NCBI GenBank assembly: GCA_965219085.1
Contig: OZ244720.1
Location: forward strand, 707,684-771,683
DNA: 64,000 nucleotides
Origin: Dehalococcoidia bacterium
GTDB taxonomy: Bacteria > Chloroflexota > Dehalococcoidia > UBA2979
Direction: 5' to 3'
This document shows positions 58,580 through 64,000 of the stretch, piece after piece. The notes under the pieces were generated by a model that was given only the letters and a program-made list of their open reading frames with translations, had not been told where the DNA came from and ran no database searches. The translations under genes and the position numbers were made by a program. Each line of letters begins with the position of its first letter. The stretch's first letter is position 1.

Positions 58580-58900
58580 CGTACGCGGGGGCGAGCGTCG
58601 CCGCGGGGAGCTTCGCCGCCGCAACCGCGCTCGACACGACGTGGACGGCGCCGGCGGCGACCACCGCCGATCAAGAGATCACGCTGACGCTGACAGTGAC
58701 CGACGACAGCAGCCCCACCAACAGCGCGGCGAGCACGGTGGTCGTGATCGTCAGGCCGGATCGGGCGCCGCTGGTGGAGGTCAGTCCAACGGCGGCGATC
58801 GTCGCCGGCGTCGCCCCCGAGGTGAGCCTGGAGGCGACGGTCACGGACCACGAGACCGACAGCGACGACCTGACTTACTTAAGCCCTGATCCACCGAAGA
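58580..58900 (+). pseudogene. Fragment of an Ig-like or cadherin-like surface-protein gene
   Basis: It encodes TWTAPAATTADQEITLTLTVTDDSSPTNSAASTVVVIVRPDRAPLVEVSP... with no start codon. It is flanked by insertion-sequence fragments. Confidence 0.3.
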
Positions 58901-58993
58901 AGAGCGCGCGAGGGGCTGCGGTTGGGTGCTCCGCTGTAGCTGGGACAATGGGTTTTGAGAATTCACGTCACAGCCACAGGGAGCACCCATTCG

Positions 58994-60305
58994 ATGCTAG
59001 CAGCGAGTAACCCCGAGCGGATAGACATCGCCTCAGGCGACGACCGCCTCGTGGACCACGCGGGCCTGCTGCTCCCCGCCACGCTCGCTGGCCGGCTCGG
59101 CCTCCGTGCACTGGCGGACGCCCACCTCGACCTCGGTGACGCAGCGGGGCGCGCGAACGCCGGCGACAAGCTGCTGACCCTGGTCGCCTCGGCGCTCGCG
59201 GGCGGCGACTGCATCGACGACGCCGCTGCGTTGCGCGCCGGCGGGACGGCGAGCGTGCTGGCTTGCACGGTCAAGGCGCCGTCCACCCTGGGCACGTTCT
59301 TGCGCAGCTTCCGCTGGGGCCACGTCCGCCAGCTCGACCGCGTCAGCCGCGCATTGCTCGCCCGCGCATGGGCGGCCGGGGCGGGACCCGGCGCGGCGCC
59401 GTTCACGATCGACCTCGACTCGACGATCTGTGAGACCTACGGCCTGGCGAAGGAGGGCGCCCGCCACCACGGCTACACGGGCGTGCACGGCTACCACCCG
59501 CTGCTCGCCGTTGCGGCCGGGACGGGTGACGTGCTGATGGCGCGACTGCGCGAGGGCCGCGCCAACACCGCCCGCGGCGCCGCCCACTTCCTGCGTGAGA
59601 CGGTGGCGCGGGTCCGCGACGCCGGGGCGAGCGGGCAGCTCACGGTGCGCGCCGACAGCGGCTCCTACAACCACGCGGTCGTCGCCGTCTGCCGCAAGCA
59701 GGATGTCCGCTTCTCGGTCACGATCCGCCAGCAGCCGAGCGTGCGTAGGCTGATCGAGGCGATACCGCAAGCGGACTGGACGCCGATCCCGTACTGGCTG
59801 CCGGGCGGCGCCGATGTCGCCGAGACGACCTACACGCCGTTCCAGCACACGGGGGACGCCAGCGCGGTCCGGCTCATCGTGCGGCGCGTCAAGCCGGCGC
59901 CCGGCTCACAGCTCGTACAGCTACCACGCCTTCATCAGCGACCGCGCGGGGGAGATGATGGAGCTCGAGGCGGACCATCGCCGTCACGCCGAGGTCGAGA
60001 ACGCGATCCGCGACCTCAAGTACGGCGTCGGGCTCAACCATCTCCCCTCGGGCCGCTTCGCCGCGAACGCGGCGTGGCTCGCGGTGCAGGTGATCGCGCA
60101 CAACCTCGCCCGCTGGACGGCACGGCTCGGGCTCGGCGAGGGAATCGTCACCACCAGGACGCTCAGGCGGCGCTATTTCGCCCTCGCCGGACGGCTCACC
60201 CACTCGGCACGGCGCTGGACCCTGCACCTCCCCAGGCGCTGGCCCTGGGCCGGTCAGCTGGCAGCCGCGCTCGCGCGACTACGGGCGATACCGCTCCCGG
60301 CCTGA
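58994..60305 (+). pseudogene. IS1380-family transposase with an internal frameshift or deletion
   Basis: The N-terminal part ends ...VRLIVRRVKPAPGSQL. The C-terminal part (YSYHAFISDRAG...HAEVENAIRDLKYGVGLNHLPSG) continues in a different frame from about 59900. Confidence 0.6.
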
Positions 60306-60387
60306 CGCCCGCTCACAGCGCCGGCCCGGGTCCGAGGCTCGCGCCAGCATGCCCGCGCACGCCTCGCGCTCCCCAGCTCCCGCGCCC

Positions 60388-61200
60388 TCAGCGCCCCCGA
60401 GCTACGCTGAGCGACGGCTCATGGCTCCGGCCGGCGAACACCGACACACCTGCCGAACTCTCCGGCATACCGGCATCCCGCCCCCTCAAGCCTCGATCGG
60501 TGTATTCGGGCTTAGCAGCACAGCTCCAGCAGCGCGCTCGACCGGCGTCGCGAGGCGAGTGGCATCCGCGCACGCGGCGGCCAGCGCCGAGGCGCGGGCG
60601 CCCGCTCCGCGCTCCGGCACGCGCAGCCGGTCGGCCCTGACGACCATCTCCGCGAGGTAGGTCCGCGTGTAGGCCGCGCCCGAGGCCTCGGAGTCGCCCA
60701 TCGTCATCTCGAGGAAACCCCTGAGCGTCGTCCTGAGCGACTGGGGCGCGCCGATGCACCGCAGGTAGTCGCCGAAGGTCTCCTCCCCGTCGAGCTCCGC
60801 GAGGCGGCTCCCGCTGGCGAAACCGAGGGACTGCCGCTCGGCGAACAGCCCCCGGAACAGCCGGGCGGCGGGCCGGGGCGCACGGCGTGAGAGCAGGCCC
60901 AACGCCCGCTGCCGGGAGGTTGCGGAGCAGGTTGGCCGGGGAGAGGCGGGGCGTCATCGTCACCCAGCGGCCGCCGCGGTACCAGCCGAGCCGCATCTTC
61001 GACGGAAGGAGCGGCAGACCGAGTTCGCCGCAGATGCGGAAGGCGACATCGTAGGAGGAGCAGAAGAAGTCGGCGCCGGTGTCGATGGAGAAGCCGTGCA
61101 CCTCGTCGCTGCGGAGGCGCCCGCCCACTCGGTCGCCAGCCTCGAGCAGGAGCACTTCGAGACCGCGCCGCCTGAGGGTGTAGGCGGCGGCCAGCCCACA
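60388..61200 (-). pseudogene. FAD-dependent amine-oxidase-like oxidoreductase, N-terminally truncated and frameshifted
   Basis: The FAD-binding beta-alpha-beta remnant is GLAAAYTLRRRGLEVLLLEAGDRVGGR. The downstream frame changes at about 60900. Confidence 0.5.
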
Positions 61201-61262
61201 TACAGCGAGTGTATCTGCGAGCGGGTATCAATCTATACGACCTCTCGACCGACTGCCCCCTG

Positions 61263-62948
61263 CTATTCCCTATCCTTCAGGAAGTCTGACAGGCCGTCCA
61301 TAGTGATCGTGGCCCGGCCGCCAGTTGCATGATAGAAATTGCTGGCTCCCTGGAGCAACATGTGGTCACGATCACCTGGGTGGCTTTGCCAGGATACGTC
61401 GTAGCTCAAGCGGTCCAATATCGCGGGGGTCGCCGAATAATCCGTACCGACCAGCAAGACTACTGCAGCGCGAAAGTCCTTCTGAGCCTTGGAAGTCTCG
61501 GGAACTCGTGGCCCATGCTCAGCGATGATGTCATCAATCGTATACGCCTCGAACCCACTGGCGGTGAACACACGATACCCATTGTCATCCTCAATGACAT
61601 TGCCTTCCTCGCCCCACAGCCATTCGCCGTTCACCGCAATTCGGAAGTCCGGGACGTCCTCTGGAGGTATGAGGCCCGCCAGATACAACTCTATGGGGCA
61701 GTACACGTAGAGACTTGGGCTGAATTCGTGTGAATACCTCCCGTCACCGAGATCTATCATCGTGGAAATGTTATACCCGTCCAGAATGCAGTGGTCGTTG
61801 ATGAATCCCCAATGTGGATAGGGTGGCACGACGAAGTTCGCCCACCGATGCATTAACTCGTGGAGAAGAACACCATTGACAAAGTCTCCCCCCCAACTGT
61901 AATCGTAAGTATTAATGTAGATCACACCCTGAAGCTCTTTCGCGGACTCCCATCTCTGGCCTTCGGCGAAAATCAGCTGCCCAACTCCCTTTACATCGTT
62001 CTTTACCCCAACGTAGTAGGCACCGTGAGGAACACCCGGCTCAAGCCGGTCACTGGTCAAGTTGGCCACAAATACTAGAAAATCGAACTCATCGTTGAAG
62101 TATTCATAGAAACGTGCTGCGTATTCTGTCAACGGCACATCACGTCCACCATAGGCGAGGTCTTCCTCGACGGGTAGGACGAACACATTGTCGTTGTATA
62201 TCTGCGGGCCTGCAACAGCGATAGACGGAGGGACGGGCGTGGGCGTGGGCGTAGGGACGGGTGTGGGCGTTGCAGCAGGGACGGGCGTGGCCGTGGGCGT
62301 AGGGACGGGTGTGGGCGTTGCAGCAGGGACGGGCGTGGCCGTGGGCGTCAGCGTTGGTTCTGGCGTGGGAGTTGCGGTCGGGCGTGCCGTGGGCGTAGGG
62401 ACGGGTGTAGGCGTTGCAGCAGGGACGGGCGTGGCCGTGGGCGTCAGCGTTGGTTCTGGCGTGGGAGTTGCGGTCGGGCGTGCCGTGGGCGTAGGGACGG
62501 GTGTAGGCGTTGCAGCAGGGACGGGCGTGGCCGTGGAGGTCGGGACAGCGGTGGGCCTTGCAGTAGGTACGGGCGTGGCCGTGGGCGTCAGCGTTGGTTC
62601 TGGCGTGGGAGTTGCGGTCGGAGTGGCGGTCGGCGCGGTCGGTGTCGGGGTCGGCGTGTCGGTCGGGATGGGCGTAGGAGTCGGCGTTGCCGTAGATGCA
62701 GCGGTCGGTGTGTCGATTGGTGAGGGCGTGGGGGTCGCCGTTGCGGTCGGTGTCGGTTCGCGGGTAGTCGCCTCGGTGGGCGTCACAAGGGGGGCTGACG
62801 CTTCCTCCGACTCGGACCTACAGGCGACAGCGACGAGCACGAGCAAGACGCCCACCAGACCAGGGACGGAACGTACCGCTAGAGTTCGTAGCGGCGAACT
62901 CCCCGGGCGGGGGCGTGGCTTCGCCAGTTGTATCTTCGCCCCAAGCAT
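61263..62948 (-). CDS. Secreted lipoprotein: a Pro/Thr-rich linker followed by a putative HExxH zinc-metallopeptidase domain
   Basis: The signal and lipobox are [13 protein letters not shown]. The P/T-rich linker spans about 170 aa. The C-terminal domain has LLHELMHRW. The 3' 900 bp are about 50% GC against about 70% in the flanks. Confidence 0.6.
   Translation of the reverse strand: MLGAKIQLAKPRPRPGSSPLRTLAVRSVPGLVGVLLVLVAVACRSESEEASAPLVTPTEATTREPTPTATATPTPSPIDTPTAASTATPTPTPIPTDTPTPTPTAPTATPTATPTPEPTLTPTATPVPTARPTAVPTSTATPVPAATPTPVPTPTARPTATPTPEPTLTPTATPVPAATPTPVPTPTARPTATPTPEPTLTPTATPVPAATPTPVPTPTATPVPAATPTPVPTPTPTPVPPSIAVAGPQIYNDNVFVLPVEEDLAYGGRDVPLTEYAARFYEYFNDEFDFLVFVANLTSDRLEPGVPHGAYYVGVKNDVKGVGQLIFAEGQRWESAKELQGVIYINTYDYSWGGDFVNGVLLHELMHRWANFVVPPYPHWGFINDHCILDGYNISTMIDLGDGRYSHEFSPSLYVYCPIELYLAGLIPPEDVPDFRIAVNGEWLWGEEGNVIEDDNGYRVFTASGFEAYTIDDIIAEHGPRVPETSKAQKDFRAAVVLLVGTDYSATPAILDRLSYDVSWQSHPGDRDHMLLQGASNFYHATGGRATITMDGLSDFLKDRE
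62190..62700. repeat. Imperfect tandem nucleotide repeats encoding the Pro/Thr-rich linker
   Basis: Units of the form gggacgggcgtggccgtgggcgtagggacgggtgtgggcgttgcagcag repeat. Confidence 0.8.
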
Positions 62949-62968
62949 TCGACGGGCCTGTTGGCTCC

Positions 62969-64000
62969 TCATCCCTCGACCTTTGGATTAGGTGGGTTAG
63001 CTTGGTCATAATTGCTGCTGCCCCAGCATCCGACGGCGCCGTCGGTCCTCACCCCGCAGGTGTGGAGCCACCCGGCGCTGACCGAAGTGAACTCCCCCGG
63101 CGGTGGCGTGGCTTGACCAACAACATTGCCGCCGAAATCATCATTGGAGCCCCAGCATTCGACGGCGCCGTCGGTCCTCACCCCGCAGCTGTGGAGCGCC
63201 CCGGCGCTGACCGAGGCGAACTCCCTCGGCGGTGGAGTGGCCTGGCCAACAACATTGCCGTCCTCATCCTCGTTTAACCCCCAGCATTGGACGGAGCCGT
63301 CGATGCTTACCCCGCAGGTGTGGAACCACCCGGCGCTGACCGAGGCGAACTCCCCGGACGGCGGCGTGGCCTGACCAACTACATTGCCGTCATCATCCTC
63401 GTTGAGTCCCCAGCATTCGACGGCGCCGTCGGTCCTCACGCCGCAGGTGTGGAGCGCCCCGGCGCTGACCGAGGCGAACTCCCCGGACGGCGGCGTGGCC
63501 TGGCCAGCAACATTGCCGTCCGGATCCTCGTTGAATCCCCAGCATTCGACGGAGCCGTCGATGCTTACCCCGCAGGTGTGGAACGCCCCGGCGCTGACCG
63601 AGGCGAAGGAACCTCCGGGCGGCGTGGCTTGACCATCCTCGTTTAACCCCCAGCATTCGACGGCGCCGTCGGTCCTCACCCCGCAGGTGTGGGCGGCCCC
63701 GGCGCTGACCGAGGCGAACTCCCCGGACGGCGGCGTGGCTTGACCATCCTTGTTGAATCCCCAGCACTCGACGGCGCCGTCGATACTTACCCCGCAGGTG
63801 TGGAACACCCCGGCGCTGACCGAGATGAACTCCGCTTGCGCCGCTCTGGCATCTCTTCGCGGAGCCGTCAGCCCGCGGGCCTGTTTACCCCAGCATTCGA
63901 CGGAGCCGTCGGTCCTCACACCGCAGGTGTGTCTGTCCCCCGCGCTGACCGAGGCGAACTCCCCGGACGGCGGCGTGGCATACACGCTGGACCCCCAGCA
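62969..64000 (-). CDS. RCC1-repeat (beta-propeller) protein, 5'-partial; the start lies beyond the window
   Basis: It has six or more repeats of [32 protein letters not shown]. Confidence 0.7.
   Translation of the reverse strand, partial: CWGSSVYATPPSGEFASVSAGDRHTCGVRTDGSVECWGKQARGLTAPRRDARAAQAEFISVSAGVFHTCGVSIDGAVECWGFNKDGQATPPSGEFASVSAGAAHTCGVRTDGAVECWGLNEDGQATPPGGSFASVSAGAFHTCGVSIDGSVECWGFNEDPDGNVAGQATPPSGEFASVSAGALHTCGVRTDGAVECWGLNEDDDGNVVGQATPPSGEFASVSAGWFHTCGVSIDGSVQCWGLNEDEDGNVVGQATPPPREFASVSAGALHSCGVRTDGAVECWGSNDDFGGNVVGQATPPPGEFTSVSAGWLHTCGVRTDGAVGCWGSSNYDQANPPNPKVEG

Overview
The window is 64 kb of high-GC (about 70%) bacterial chromosome with strong AAGGAGG-type ribosome-binding sites and frequent ATGA/GTGA start-stop overlaps. 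From 5' to 3' it contains the following.

(1) The 3' 11.2 kb of a giant surface-adhesin gene. It encodes more than 3730 aa with cadherin-like, FN3 and Calx-beta domains plus NHL-like beta-propeller repeats. It also carries five near-identical 336-bp tandem repeats and a duplicated Cys-containing C-terminal domain of about 85 aa.

(2) An integrative-conjugative-element-like region of about 27 kb, from about 11.7 kb to 38.7 kb.
- A translationally coupled minus-strand establishment module encodes a Zn-finger/TM protein, a hypothetical protein, a CHC2-Toprim primase, a Rad52-family annealing protein, tandemly duplicated SSB genes, a Cys-rich protein, a RadC/JAB protein, a second hypothetical protein, a frameshifted N6-adenine methyltransferase and an SNF2-type helicase.
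- A 44-bp perfect palindrome lies in the divergent promoter region upstream of the transfer genes.
- A plus-strand type IV secretion module follows: a secreted protein, TrbL/VirB6, a VirB2-like pilin, a PrgI/VirB3-like membrane protein, VirB4, a VirD4/TraD coupling protein and a replication-relaxation-family putative relaxase.
- Small XRE/HTH regulators come next.
- Then a 1.2-kb hairpin-rich noncoding stretch that holds a decayed fragment of a coupling-protein gene.
- The region ends with an RDD-family protein and a large serine recombinase whose 3' end overlaps tRNA-Gln(CTG).

(3) Housekeeping genes: gltX, an rluD-like gene, lspA and a molybdopterin oxidoreductase.

(4) An insertion-sequence-rich hotspot. 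Two identical IS110-family copies in inverted orientation flank a malic enzyme gene, a Pro/Ala-rich membrane protein, tRNA-Glu(TTC) and a tyrosine-integrase remnant disrupted by an IS481-family element. One IS110 copy directly abuts an IS5-family element. A separate IS5 3' fragment and a frameshifted IS1380-family transposase lie further on.

(5) A NarL/LuxR two-component pair, followed by a second giant FN3/beta-propeller gene that is frameshifted and truncated by the IS5 fragment. An orphan, frameshifted copy of the adhesin C-terminal domain sits next to the full IS5.

(6) A truncated FAD amine-oxidase pseudogene, then a secreted HExxH metalloprotease lipoprotein whose catalytic part is conspicuously lower in GC (about 50%), and the start of an RCC1-repeat protein.

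No CRISPR array or rRNA gene is present. Coordinates of mobile-element ends and some start codons were read by eye and are approximate.
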